From a virus (taxonomy: Duplodnaviria > Caudoviricetes): a DNA stretch of 64,000 bases. A model generated the notes under the pieces. The model was given only the letters and a program-made list of their open reading frames with translations, was not told where the DNA came from and ran no database searches. The position numbers and the translations under genes are program-made. Below are positions 27,328-37,200 of this stretch, piece by piece (within the stretch, counting starts at the first letter, position 1; every line of letters starts with the position of its first letter). Location of the stretch: positions 64,001 through 128,000 of the IMG/VR virus record IMGVR_UViG_2917802685_000001. One strand, written 5' to 3'.

Positions 27328-28758
27328 ATGAGCGTGATCGAGATCAAGCGCAAGCCGACCGCCCGCCAGGTCGAGGCGCTGCGCACCGGGACCACGAACC
27401 CCGAGGGCATCATCGAGGTGACCGCCGACAAGCGCACCCATGAGGGGCTCGTGGGCCGTGGCCTGGCCGACTGGAAGCGCCCCGAGACCCTGGGGCTCGG
27501 CCGCAGCGTCCACGGTACGGCCCTGTGCGTGATCAACAGCCAGGGGCGTGACTACCTCGCCAAGCTGGACGGTGTGGAGATCACCCGCGACGACGTGGCC
27601 GAGGGCAAGCGGCTCGCGCTGGCCTACCTCGGGTTCGGCGAGCGCCGCCGGGAGGCCGAGCAGGCCCCCGCCTCCGTGGTGTTGAAGGGTGAGTTCGCCC
27701 GGGTGCGCCGCGTGATGCGCCGCGCCATGCGCAACGCCGGTGCCGAGGCCGCGAACAACGCGCTGAACCAGTACAACCGCACTCACGCGCTGCTGCTCGC
27801 GGCGCGTAGGTTCGACCAGGAGGACGCGGCCACGGCCGCGCAGGACACCACCACCACGACCGAGGAGGCCCCCGTGGCCGAGACCCCCGTGCACGACCCC
27901 TACGCCCCGACCCCGGGCATCGACGTGGACGGACGCCCGTACGCCGTGGGGGACACCGTGGAGTCCACCCACCGCGCCCGCACCGGCGCCCGGCGCGGTA
28001 AGGCCGCTGAGGTGGGCACCGTGACCGCCGTGGTTGACGGGCGCCCCGTGGTCCGCTTCACCACCGGCGACCAGGACGAGACCGACGTGCGCCCTGACCT
28101 GTTCCGTATCACCACCCCCGCCGCGCCCGTCAACGAGCCTGCCGACTTCCGGGGCCTCACCCGCGACGACGTGGCCCACGATGCCGCCCAGGCGCTCGCG
28201 ACGCTGTCCGACGACGACCGCGCCACGGTCGAGGGCAAGGCACCCTCGGTGGTGCTGGGGCTGGCGTTCCGCCGGGCGCAGACGGCATGGTGCGCCACCC
28301 GCCGGGAGCACACCGCCGAGGAGTCGGCCGTGTACGACCGTCAGGCGAACATCGCGAGCGCTGCGCTGATCTTCGAGCGAGCCGACGACCCCGAGGCCGC
28401 CGCCACCGCGCGCGCCGACGACTTCCGCATCACGAACGCCGAGCGCGCCGCCAAGGCCAAGCGCATCGAGGAGGCCCGCGCTCGGGCGCTCGTCGTCGAG
28501 TGGGCGAACTCCGAGCCCTACCGGGGTTACGCCGTGCGCACCGAGGACCGTGGCCACGGCATCATCGCCGTCTACGTCCGGGGCAGCGCCGACGAGAGCA
28601 GCAAGATCGAGAAGGCGGGCAACGCGTACGCCCGGGAACACCTCACCTTCGAGCCGGGCCTGTCGGCCCACGCGAACGGGGGCGGGGAGTTCTTCCAGGG
28701 TGAGTACATCGCGCAGATGATCTACACCACGAAGCGGCTCGCCCCGCGCGAGGACTGA
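27328..28758 (+). CDS. multidomain hypothetical protein (winged-helix-like N-terminus, SH3-like middle)
   Basis: RKPTARQ...RTHEGLVGRGLA...INSQGRDYLAKLD; YAVGDTV...GTVTAV...VVRF. Confidence 0.75.
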   Translation: MSVIEIKRKPTARQVEALRTGTTNPEGIIEVTADKRTHEGLVGRGLADWKRPETLGLGRSVHGTALCVINSQGRDYLAKLDGVEITRDDVAEGKRLALAYLGFGERRREAEQAPASVVLKGEFARVRRVMRRAMRNAGAEAANNALNQYNRTHALLLAARRFDQEDAATAAQDTTTTTEEAPVAETPVHDPYAPTPGIDVDGRPYAVGDTVESTHRARTGARRGKAAEVGTVTAVVDGRPVVRFTTGDQDETDVRPDLFRITTPAAPVNEPADFRGLTRDDVAHDAAQALATLSDDDRATVEGKAPSVVLGLAFRRAQTAWCATRREHTAEESAVYDRQANIASAALIFERADDPEAAATARADDFRITNAERAAKAKRIEEARARALVVEWANSEPYRGYAVRTEDRGHGIIAVYVRGSADESSKIEKAGNAYAREHLTFEPGLSAHANGGGEFFQGEYIAQMIYTTKRLAPRED

Positions 28759-28862
28759 CACCAGGGCGCCCAGGAGCGCCGACTAGCGCCCGGTCGACCC
28801 CACCGGCCGGGCGCGCCCCGCAGGACCACCACACGCCAGCACGGCCACGAGGAGACACCACC

Positions 28863-29306
28863 ATGAACGAGACCATCAGCCCCGCCGCCCGCGCCGTCCT
28901 GGGGATCATCGTCACCGTCACCGCGACGGGGGAGTACGCCCGCGCCCGGCTCGCGTTCGGCGAGGGCAGCGAGCACGCGGGCATGGTCGAGATCGGCATG
29001 GCCGACGGCACCAAGCGGTACGTCACCGCCATGGAGATCGCTCCGGCCCAGGGGTTCCCGATTCAGATGCGGGCCATCCCGGTGTACCCGGACGCCGCCG
29101 ACGGTTCCAGCCGCCCCATGGGACTGTGCCAGAACGAGGGGTGCGGGCTGGTCGAGTCGAACGTCATCGACGTGGTGGCCACCAAGGGAGCGCGCTACAC
29201 CTGCGGGGACTGGTACGTGAAGCGGGGAGGGCGTGACGTGAAGGCGCCGACGGCCACCGTGTGTACCCACTGCTACGCCCAGGGGCGTACGCCTTTCAGC
29301 AGCTGA
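28863..29306 (+). CDS. hypothetical protein
   Basis: GAGGAG RBS; CQNEGC, CTHC. Confidence 0.7.
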   Translation: MNETISPAARAVLGIIVTVTATGEYARARLAFGEGSEHAGMVEIGMADGTKRYVTAMEIAPAQGFPIQMRAIPVYPDAADGSSRPMGLCQNEGCGLVESNVIDVVATKGARYTCGDWYVKRGGRDVKAPTATVCTHCYAQGRTPFSS

Positions 29307-29388
29307 CGCAGCATCACCACGGGCGCCCCGACCACACCGGGGCGCCCCGCCTGGCAACGACCACACGACCACGCCCAGGGGGGCAGCA

Positions 29389-29865
29389 GTGAGCACACTG
29401 GAGACGTTGACGCGCTACGTGTGGGCGGAGTCGCCCAGCCTCGCATGGGGACTGGTGAACCTGCGGGAGGCGGATGACGGCGCATGGCTCTCCGGGCAGG
29501 TCCACACCGCCCAGGAGGACGCGGAGCGCCAGGAGGACAAGCGCACGGGGACGGCTCTCTACCGGGTGACGCGCACGAGCACGCTCGCCGACGAGAGCAC
29601 GCCCGCCCCCGAGGGGGAGGACTGGGTGTTCACCTACAGCACCGAGGGCCGACACGACGTGTGGAGCAAGCCGAATTGCTACAGCTCTTTCCCTGGCGTG
29701 AAGCGGCTCGATGGGTTCTGGACGTTCCCGGAACCCAGGGAGCCTATCGAGCGGGCAGCGTGGGCGAACCTGGAGCCGCGCACCGTGGGGTACGGGACAG
29801 CGTTCAGGGCGTATCTGCTGGCGTGGTCGGTGGACGTGGTGGGAGGGCAGCAGGGGGACGAGTAG
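29389..29865 (+). CDS. hypothetical protein
   Basis: GGGGG RBS, GTG. Confidence 0.6.
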   Translation: MSTLETLTRYVWAESPSLAWGLVNLREADDGAWLSGQVHTAQEDAERQEDKRTGTALYRVTRTSTLADESTPAPEGEDWVFTYSTEGRHDVWSKPNCYSSFPGVKRLDGFWTFPEPREPIERAAWANLEPRTVGYGTAFRAYLLAWSVDVVGGQQGDE

Positions 29866-30023
29866 CCAGGGGCAGGGACTACCGGCGGCAGGGGCAGGGG
29901 ACAGCATCCCGCCCCTGCCGTTCTGTGTGGGTGCGTGCGCATATGGGGTGAGTCGGACACCCCTCGGAGGGGGCGAGACCCGGGCCGGGCCAGAGCGCTC
30001 CGGAATTGATGGGGCGCACCCGC

Positions 30024-30054
30024 TTGACACGGGCAACGACTGTTGCCCTAGAGT
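30024..30054 (+). promoter_or_regulatory. Palindrome promoter copy 11 (19-bp spacer)
   Basis: TTGACA-cgg-GCAAC-gact-GTTGC-cc-TAGAGT. Confidence 0.85.
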
Positions 30055-30084
30055 GGGTACTCCGCCACACCATGAGGAGCAGCA

Positions 30085-31509
30085 ATGGGCATCACGATCT
30101 GCAACGGCAAGCGAGTCGAGGGCTACGACCCCAACAGCGGCAGCAACAGTGAGGCCGCCGTGGCCGCCCACAACGCCGAGTGCCACGAGCGCACCTACGA
30201 GGGCGCGGTGCTGCGCCTGCGGGAGCGCAACGGCTACGACGACAGCGACTTTTACGCCCTGGTGTGGGACGAGGAGCAGCAGCGGGTACGGGAGATCCAG
30301 TACGCGACCACCCGGGGGTGGACGTACCACAACGGGGCGAGCATCGACGCGACGCACGAGGTGATCGCCAAGGCGGTCGCGCAGATGACCGAGGCGCGGT
30401 TCGCCCTGGTGCAGGAGGACTACGCCCAGACGCCGCGCAAGGAGTACACGGCGCGCGCCACGGTCAAGGGCGCAGCGGTCGAGGGTGTGATCGCGTGGGT
30501 GGGCAAGTCGCGTAACCGGTACATCGACATCGCCCGCTACGGGATCAAGGTCGAGGGGCGCAAGGGCTACGTGTTCCGTGACGCGACCGACGACGACTTT
30601 GAGTTCGACGTGCCGCCGGTGAGCGAGGCGGACATGATCACGTGGCGCAGCAACTGTGAGCACAACGTGCGTGCGGAGCTGGCGCAGGCGCAGGCGATTG
30701 CCGACCAGCGTGACCCGCGCCCCGCTGCTCCGGCCCCGGGGACGATCGTGGATGCCCAGGAGGAGGACGAGACGGGCATGCGGCTGTACGCGGTGGGTGA
30801 GTCGTTCTGTGAGGACGGCTGGGCGCAGCAGGTTGCGGCGGCTGTGGTGGACGAGTCGGCGGCTGAGTACACGGTGATGGGTCACCGGGCGGACGGGTCG
30901 AAGATGCCCGCCCGTGAGGTGACGGTGTTCCGGGCGCTGGGCATGGTGGCGCGGTGGGTGGAGAACGACGGGGCGCAGGTGTGCCACGACGGGCGTGGGG
31001 TGGTGCGGATCGTGCGGGAGGACGGGGCGCGGCTCATGCTGGCGCCGGTGCGCCCCCAGGAGGCCGCCCAGGGCCCCCAGGAGGACGCGGAGCGCCCCGG
31101 GGTGGCCGAGGAGACCCAGGAGGCCCCTACGGGCGCTGAGACGGCCGAGGGGGGCGCCCAGGAGGCGCAGGGGGCCGAGGAGCGCCACGACATGGTGAGC
31201 GGCCTCCCCATGGGGCAGATGGCTTGCCTGTGCGGGCTCACGGACGTGGATGCGCTCCTGGGGCACTGGGTGGCCACGGGTGTGCTGCCGGTGGTGCCGC
31301 TGGTGGAGATGAGCGGGGTGTGGCGGATCACGGGGCGTGGCGCCGAGGTGTACGCGGAGGGGGCGACGCAGGCGGAGGCGTGGGCGGACGCGGCGCGCCA
31401 GGGGTTCGAGCGGGACTACTTCCACGCGATCACGCACCTGAGCATGGCGGAGCTGGAGGCCCTCACCGCGCCCCAGGAGGCCGCTGTCGAGGGTGAGCGC
31501 GTGGCGTAG
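30085..31509 (+). CDS. multidomain phage-type hypothetical protein
   Basis: ERNGYDDSDFYALVWD...YATTR N-terminal motif. Confidence 0.75.
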   Translation: MGITICNGKRVEGYDPNSGSNSEAAVAAHNAECHERTYEGAVLRLRERNGYDDSDFYALVWDEEQQRVREIQYATTRGWTYHNGASIDATHEVIAKAVAQMTEARFALVQEDYAQTPRKEYTARATVKGAAVEGVIAWVGKSRNRYIDIARYGIKVEGRKGYVFRDATDDDFEFDVPPVSEADMITWRSNCEHNVRAELAQAQAIADQRDPRPAAPAPGTIVDAQEEDETGMRLYAVGESFCEDGWAQQVAAAVVDESAAEYTVMGHRADGSKMPAREVTVFRALGMVARWVENDGAQVCHDGRGVVRIVREDGARLMLAPVRPQEAAQGPQEDAERPGVAEETQEAPTGAETAEGGAQEAQGAEERHDMVSGLPMGQMACLCGLTDVDALLGHWVATGVLPVVPLVEMSGVWRITGRGAEVYAEGATQAEAWADAARQGFERDYFHAITHLSMAELEALTAPQEAAVEGERVA

Positions 31510-31603
31510 CTGCGGATTCCGTTGCTCTCGCCGGTGGGCCGACCGTGAGTTTTCGTTGCGACGGCCCTCGGTGGGTGCGGATTTCGTTGTTTGGGCGCCC
31601 CCT

Positions 31604-31634
31604 GGTACACGGGCAACAACTGTTGCGCTAGAGT
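31604..31634 (+). promoter_or_regulatory. Palindrome promoter copy 12 (19-bp spacer, degenerate -35)
   Basis: GGTACA-cgg-GCAAC-aact-GTTGC-gc-TAGAGT. Confidence 0.8.
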
Positions 31635-31675
31635 GGGCACCCCGCCAGACACTGAGACACACCGAGGAGCACACG

Positions 31676-32974
31676 ATGGGCGACCTGATCACCCGCAAGC
31701 CGACCGCGATCATGATCGAGCTGCTGCGCCAGGGCGCGGCGAGCCCCAAGGGGATCATGTCGCTGCTCGACCACAACGACCGCACCCACGACGGCATCCT
31801 CCGCCGGGACATGGCCGACGTGACGCCGGAGCCGGGCGCTACGCACTCGTGGCTCGTGATCAACGACCGTGGGCGCGCCTACCTGGCCAAGCTCGACGCG
31901 GCGCAGCAGGAGCCCGTGAGCGCCCCGCAGACGGCCGAGGAGCACCCGGTGGCCCCCAAGGGTCCGGCGCTGGCCGACATCGCCCGTGTGAGCCTGGAGA
32001 CGGTCACGCTGGGCACCGGCGAGGCTGCCCGGGTGCGCCCCACGTATGTGGTGCTGGCGTACGGCAGCATCCACCAGTTCGCCGACATCGATGGCACGTG
32101 GGTGGAGGTGTGCGGGCGCTGCGGCGGCTCGGGTGACATGCCGTACAAGCACATGCACGAAGGGGTGTGCTACGGCTGCAACCGCACGGGGCTGCGCCCC
32201 GACATCTTCACCGGCACCCAGGAGCAGCGGGACGCGTTCGTCTACCCGTGGGCGCTGCGCAAGGAGCGTGAGCGCGTGGCCGCCGAAAAGCGCGCCGCCA
32301 AGATCCACGCCAAGCGCGTCGCCGCCTGGCAGCGCTGGGAGGCCGCGAACGGTGAGCTGATCACCTGGTGCCGCTCCCTGACGCCGGACAGCGTGGAGGA
32401 GTACGACGAGGGGCGCCAGTCGCTCGCCGACACCCGCGAGGAGGCCGAGCGCATCCTGTGCGAGGGCGAGACCCTGGTGCGCTCCGGCCAGTTCGAGGAC
32501 GGGGTGCACGCGGGCCGCTGGTGGGGGGACTTCCACATCGTGGTGCGTAGCGAGGTGTTCAACAGCTACGGGCACCGCGCCGCCAACCTGATCAAGGACG
32601 TGCGCGAGGGACACGAGCCCCTCGACGGGCGCGGCACGGCGCTGCTGACCAAGGTGATGCGCAGCGCGGTGCAGGCGGCTGCGACCACCCGGTACGCCGG
32701 GCCGCTGGGCGCTGAGGTGACCGTGGTCGGCCGGGTGAAGCGCACCAAGATCGTTGACGGCTTCAACGCGTGGAGCCCCTCGCGCCGCATGATCGTCCTG
32801 GAGGGCACCGGCGAGCACGCGGGGGTGACCGTGGTCGCCTACTCCGGGAGCGCCGCCGCAAAGGCCCTCCAGGAGGGGCAGGAGGGCGTGACGGTGACCG
32901 GGGTGGTGTCCAAGCACAAGGAGTACAGCGGCGCCCGTGACACGAGCCTGAAGAGCGCCAGGGTCACGGCGTAG
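31676..32974 (+). CDS. protein with winged-helix-like, DnaJ-type Zn-finger and OB-fold-like domains
   Basis: INDRGRAYLAKLD; CGRCGGSG...CYGCNRTG; C-terminal VTVTGVVSKHKEYSG. Confidence 0.7.
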   Translation: MGDLITRKPTAIMIELLRQGAASPKGIMSLLDHNDRTHDGILRRDMADVTPEPGATHSWLVINDRGRAYLAKLDAAQQEPVSAPQTAEEHPVAPKGPALADIARVSLETVTLGTGEAARVRPTYVVLAYGSIHQFADIDGTWVEVCGRCGGSGDMPYKHMHEGVCYGCNRTGLRPDIFTGTQEQRDAFVYPWALRKERERVAAEKRAAKIHAKRVAAWQRWEAANGELITWCRSLTPDSVEEYDEGRQSLADTREEAERILCEGETLVRSGQFEDGVHAGRWWGDFHIVVRSEVFNSYGHRAANLIKDVREGHEPLDGRGTALLTKVMRSAVQAAATTRYAGPLGAEVTVVGRVKRTKIVDGFNAWSPSRRMIVLEGTGEHAGVTVVAYSGSAAAKALQEGQEGVTVTGVVSKHKEYSGARDTSLKSARVTA

Positions 32975-33042
32975 GCACGGGCGCGCCCCGGGGTGAGGGT
33001 CGGCCGCCACGGCCCTCCCCCGGGGCGGTTTCTCCCACCCGC

Positions 33043-33073
33043 TTGACACGGGCAACGGTCGTTGCCCTAGAGT
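33043..33073 (+). promoter_or_regulatory. Palindrome promoter copy 13 (19-bp spacer)
   Basis: TTGACA-cgg-GCAAC-ggtc-GTTGC-cc-TAGAGT. Confidence 0.85.
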
Positions 33074-33107
33074 GGGCCTCCCGCCGTTTGATGAGGAGCA
33101 CTTGATC

Positions 33108-34700
33108 ATGACGAACACCACCGCCACCGCCGCCCAACTGCTCGCCGACGCCGCCGAGGCCGAGACCAACGCCGCCGCCCAGGACGCCGAGGCCGCCGCC
33201 CTGCTGCGCGCGGTCGAGCGTGAGCGCTCCTCCCTCGCCTACGCCCTCGCCGACCGCAGCAAGGCCCACCGCAAGGCCACCCGCCGCGACCGCCCCAACC
33301 GCCACGCCCAGGGCCGCGAGGAACTCCGCGTGATCGACGAGAAGCGCATCCCCCCCATTGAGGCCCGCATCGCCGACCTCATGACCGACGTGGAGTTCCT
33401 CCAGGACGACGCCGCCCGCCTGCGCACCGTGGCCGCCGACTACCGCGCCCAGCACACCGCCGCCACCGCCGCCCCCGTCACCCTCACCACCCCGTACGCG
33501 TTCATCGACTGGTACGCCGACTACGGCACCGACAAGATCACCGACGCCGACGCGGACGCCACCCTCACCGCCGCCCGCACCGCCTACCGCACCACCGCCC
33601 CCCGCGAGAACGTCAAGATCACCACCGCCGACCCCCGCATCCTCGACGGCCTCACCACCGCCGCCGCCGGATTCATCGCCAGCACCCGCGAGGACATCGA
33701 CAACAACCCCGACATGGCCGGACTGCTCGCCCGCGACATCCGGCGCACCGAGCGATTCATGGAACGCATCACCGAAGTGCGCACCCTGCTGCTCGACTCC
33801 GCCCAGGAAGCCCAGGAGGCGCAGCAGACGGCCCAGGAGGCCCCCGCCGCCCCCGCTGCGCCCCAGGAGGCCCCCACGGCCGCCGAGGGCCCCGTGCGCG
33901 CCGACTGGGAGCGTGACCTCCCCGCCACCCCGGCCACCGCCGCCCCCGCTGCTCCGTTCGACACCACGGACCCGGCCACGTGGGCCGAGACCCCCGAGGG
34001 GTACGAGTGGCGCGAGGTCGACGCCGAGACCGGCGAGCTGCAGCTGTTCGCCCCCGACGGCACCAACCTCAGCGCCGCCCTCCCCGCCCCCACCGCCACC
34101 AACACCGAGGCGCAGATGATCGCCGCCCGCCCCCGCGTCACCACCCCCGCCCCCGCTGCGCCCCAGGGGCTCGCCGACTGGGAGCGTGACCTGTTGGCCG
34201 CCGCCCCCACCCTCCCCACCGCCGACCGCGAGCCCTCCGCCGATCAGAACATTGCCGAGGGCGACGACCCCCAGGGGCCCCAGGAGCGCCCCACCGTCGG
34301 TGAGAGCAGCGACCCCTACCCCACGCACAACACCATGGGCCGCTGCACCCACGGCCACACCTGCCGATTCCACCGCCCCACCGCCGCATGCGGTATCTGG
34401 ATCCACCCCGACCGCACCACGTGCACCGCCACCCCCACCGTTCACGTCACGTGGACCGACACCGTCAGGGGCCACCACCACGCCACGGTGACGCTCCCCG
34501 GCGGGGGCCGCGCCCGCATCACCTACGCCCCCCACGGCACCGTGTGGACGTACCTGGGGGCCGCCAGCATGGGCACCGGATCCCCCACCGTCGCCCGCGC
34601 CCGCTCCCTCGCCGACCTCATCACCCAATACGCCCGCCTCAAGGGCTACACCGCCGCCCGCATCGAGGAGTACGGCACCCCCGAGCGCCCCGCCCGCTGA
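33108..34700 (+). CDS. coiled-coil, Ala/Pro-rich hypothetical protein
   Basis: GAGGAG RBS; ADWERDL twice; CTHGHTC...CG. Confidence 0.7.
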   Translation: MTNTTATAAQLLADAAEAETNAAAQDAEAAALLRAVERERSSLAYALADRSKAHRKATRRDRPNRHAQGREELRVIDEKRIPPIEARIADLMTDVEFLQDDAARLRTVAADYRAQHTAATAAPVTLTTPYAFIDWYADYGTDKITDADADATLTAARTAYRTTAPRENVKITTADPRILDGLTTAAAGFIASTREDIDNNPDMAGLLARDIRRTERFMERITEVRTLLLDSAQEAQEAQQTAQEAPAAPAAPQEAPTAAEGPVRADWERDLPATPATAAPAAPFDTTDPATWAETPEGYEWREVDAETGELQLFAPDGTNLSAALPAPTATNTEAQMIAARPRVTTPAPAAPQGLADWERDLLAAAPTLPTADREPSADQNIAEGDDPQGPQERPTVGESSDPYPTHNTMGRCTHGHTCRFHRPTAACGIWIHPDRTTCTATPTVHVTWTDTVRGHHHATVTLPGGGRARITYAPHGTVWTYLGAASMGTGSPTVARARSLADLITQYARLKGYTAARIEEYGTPERPAR

Positions 34701-34801
34701 GCGCCCCCAGGAGCGCCGGGGCCGACCCCACCGGCCCCGGCGCCCACCCAGCCCCGCAACGCCCCTCCAGCCGCCCGCCACGCCCCAGGGAGACACCACT
34801 C

Positions 34802-35059
34802 ATGAGCGCCAAGCAGAGCCGCACCGGTCAGATCGTCGGCATCCGCCGCACCACCGAACCCGTGTACGAGGGCAACACCCTCACCGGACAGCGCGTGTGG
34901 ACCACCGTCACCACCCGGATCACCGACGACGGCCCCGACCTCAACCGGCTCGTACACACCCGCATGGACCCGGAGGAGGCCCTCACGTGGGCGCAGCGCC
35001 TCATCGACACCGCCGGGCAGACCCAGGAACTCCGCGACGACGTCGGCCACACCGCCTGA
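34802..35059 (+). CDS. hypothetical protein
   Basis: GGGAG RBS. Confidence 0.65.
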   Translation: MSAKQSRTGQIVGIRRTTEPVYEGNTLTGQRVWTTVTTRITDDGPDLNRLVHTRMDPEEALTWAQRLIDTAGQTQELRDDVGHTA

Positions 35060-35147
35060 CACACCCCCAGGGCGCCCCGCACACCCGGGGCGCCCCTCGG
35101 CTCCACCGACCCACCACGACCCGCCAGCAAGCCCAGGAGCGCCCGTC

Positions 35148-35495
35148 ATGACCGTCACCCACGGCACCCCCGCCCCCGCCGCCGACGAGGAGCAGCGCCC
35201 CGTCCCCGTGGAGATCGTTTGGATGCACCGTGATGGCACCCGCATGACGGGCCTGATGTTCATGGGCACCCTGCCCGCCGCCGACCATGCCGCCATCGAC
35301 GCAACCGGCAAGGTCGACCAGTGGCAGATCACCGGCGGCACCCGCCGCGCCACCCTCGACGGCTTCAACGACTACGCCGACGAGCAGCACGGGTTCCGCC
35401 AGCTCACCCCCGACCAGGCCGCCCGCGCCGCCGCTGACTGGCTCGGCTTCACCGGCCGCCCGGTCACCCTCAAGATCCTCGACGAGACCCGCTGA
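35148..35495 (+). CDS. hypothetical protein
   Basis: CAGGAGCGCCC RBS. Confidence 0.65.
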   Translation: MTVTHGTPAPAADEEQRPVPVEIVWMHRDGTRMTGLMFMGTLPAADHAAIDATGKVDQWQITGGTRRATLDGFNDYADEQHGFRQLTPDQAARAAADWLGFTGRPVTLKILDETR

Positions 35496-35570
35496 ACGCC
35501 CCCAGGAGCGCCCCACACCGCCCCGCAACGCCCCGCCCGACCGCCACACACCCCCGCAGGAGCGAACACG

Positions 35571-35921
35571 ATGAACGCCAGCCCCGCCGCTGACATGGAC
35601 GAGTACCTCGCCGGGTTCGACGCCCGGCACGCCAACGACACATACACCACGCCCGACAGCTACATAGCCGCCTGCCCGCGCCCCGCCCTCGCCCGCCTCA
35701 TCGCCGCCTACAGCCGGTACCTGGACGAGGGCATCGCCGCCACCGACGGGCATTTCATCCCCCTCGATTTCGAGGCATGGAAGGCATCCCGCACCACCGA
35801 ACTGCCGCCCACCGAGGCATGGGACACCCTCCCCCCGCGCCCCAAGGACCGATACCCCTTCGGCAAGCGCTACAGCAAGTTCAACAACAGCCAGCGCACC
35901 CGCCGCCAGCGAGGCCGCTGA
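35571..35921 (+). CDS. hypothetical protein
   Basis: CAGGAG RBS. Confidence 0.6.
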   Translation: MNASPAADMDEYLAGFDARHANDTYTTPDSYIAACPRPALARLIAAYSRYLDEGIAATDGHFIPLDFEAWKASRTTELPPTEAWDTLPPRPKDRYPFGKRYSKFNNSQRTRRQRGR

Positions 35922-36010
35922 GTGCCCCGCTGCGCCCCGCCCACGACCCGGACGGGGCGCAGCACCCACCGACCCACCACGACCCGCCAGCAAGCCCAGG
36001 AGCGCCCACC

Positions 36011-36295
36011 ATGGCCACCCGCCCGCCCACCGACGCCGCCCGCCAGCGCGCCGCCGAGCACCTCGCCCTCCAGGCCGCCGACGCCCTCACCGCCGCCGGA
36101 CACCCCCGGGCCGACGCCACCGCCACCGGCTGGGCCACGCACCCCATCCCGGGCGAGGTCCACGTGTCCCAGCGCGGCGGCACCATCTGGTCGAAGAACG
36201 AGGCCGCCGAGGCCTACGCGGCCACCCTCCAGGCCGCCGGATTCACGGCAACCATCCCCACGCCCGGCACCGTCCTCATCCCCGCCCACCACTGA
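36011..36295 (+). CDS. hypothetical protein (stand-alone AAGH...AAGF module)
   Basis: ALTAAGHP...YAATLQAAGF. Confidence 0.65.
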   Translation: MATRPPTDAARQRAAEHLALQAADALTAAGHPRADATATGWATHPIPGEVHVSQRGGTIWSKNEAAEAYAATLQAAGFTATIPTPGTVLIPAHH

Positions 36296-36310
36296 CCCCA
36301 GGAGCGCCCC

Positions 36311-36679
36311 ATGGGCCCGTACGCCAGCCTCGCCCAGCCCCACCCCAGCGCCGCCGTCGACACCCTGCGAGCCCTCGTCCCCGACGACGCCGACGTGATC
36401 CGCGTCCGCGCCGCCACCCGCACCGCCGCAACCGGCTGGGCATGGACCACGGCCGAGGTCCTCGGCGCCTACGAGTGGCCGCCTTACCCCGGCGAGCCGC
36501 TCCGCCCCATCGAGCGCACCGCCGACGACAGCACCCACGCCAGCCTCACCGTGTGCGAGTTCCTCCGCACCCACGAACACGCGCCCATCGTCCGCCAGGT
36601 GCGCGCCAACGACACCGCGTACACGTTCAGCATCCGCCTCAGCCGCCCCCGCTGGGCCGACTGGGACGACGTCGACTGA
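36311..36679 (+). CDS. hypothetical protein
   Basis: CAGGAGCGCCC RBS. Confidence 0.6.
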   Translation: MGPYASLAQPHPSAAVDTLRALVPDDADVIRVRAATRTAATGWAWTTAEVLGAYEWPPYPGEPLRPIERTADDSTHASLTVCEFLRTHEHAPIVRQVRANDTAYTFSIRLSRPRWADWDDVD

Positions 36680-36777
36680 GCGCCCCACACGCCCCGCTGC
36701 GCCCCTCACCGCCAACGGGAGGGCGCAGCACCCGCCCCGGGCCCGCCAGCCCGCCACAACCCCAGGAGCGCCCCGCC

Positions 36778-37200
36778 ATGACTCGCACCGCCCGCCGCCG
36801 CCCCGGCATCCATGCCAAGTGCCTCGCCACCCTCGACCGCGACGGCGTCATCCTCATCTGCGGCCGCTCGCCCGAGCACACCACCAACACCGACCCCGAG
36901 CGCCGCAAGCACTACGACCCCGACGAAGACGCCACCTGGACCGAGGAGCGCCCCGCGCCCACCGGCGTCCGCCCCGAGCCCGGCAAGACCTACGCCACCC
37001 GCCCCGTCACCGGCCGCCCCGGCTGGCACCACGTCTACGACCGCACCGGCGCCCTGCGCGCCCTCGCCGAGCGCCGCCCCTCCTGGTGGCACCTCTACAC
37101 CGCCAGCGAGCACGGCGCCGCCCAGGGCGCGCCCGTCCGGTACGAGACCCTCCGCGACGGCGCCGACGCCTACACCCGCACCCAGGAGCGCCCCGCATGA
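36778..37200 (+). CDS. hypothetical protein
   Basis: CAGGAGCGCCC RBS. Confidence 0.6.
   Translation: MTRTARRRPGIHAKCLATLDRDGVILICGRSPEHTTNTDPERRKHYDPDEDATWTEERPAPTGVRPEPGKTYATRPVTGRPGWHHVYDRTGALRALAERRPSWWHLYTASEHGAAQGAPVRYETLRDGADAYTRTQERPA

Larger units (their letters stand above)
35103..36007 (+). repeat. 42-bp exact direct repeat containing the RBS
   Basis: CCACCGACCCACCACGACCCGCCAGCAAGCCCAGGAGCGCCC at 35103-35144 and 35966-36007. Confidence 0.85.
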
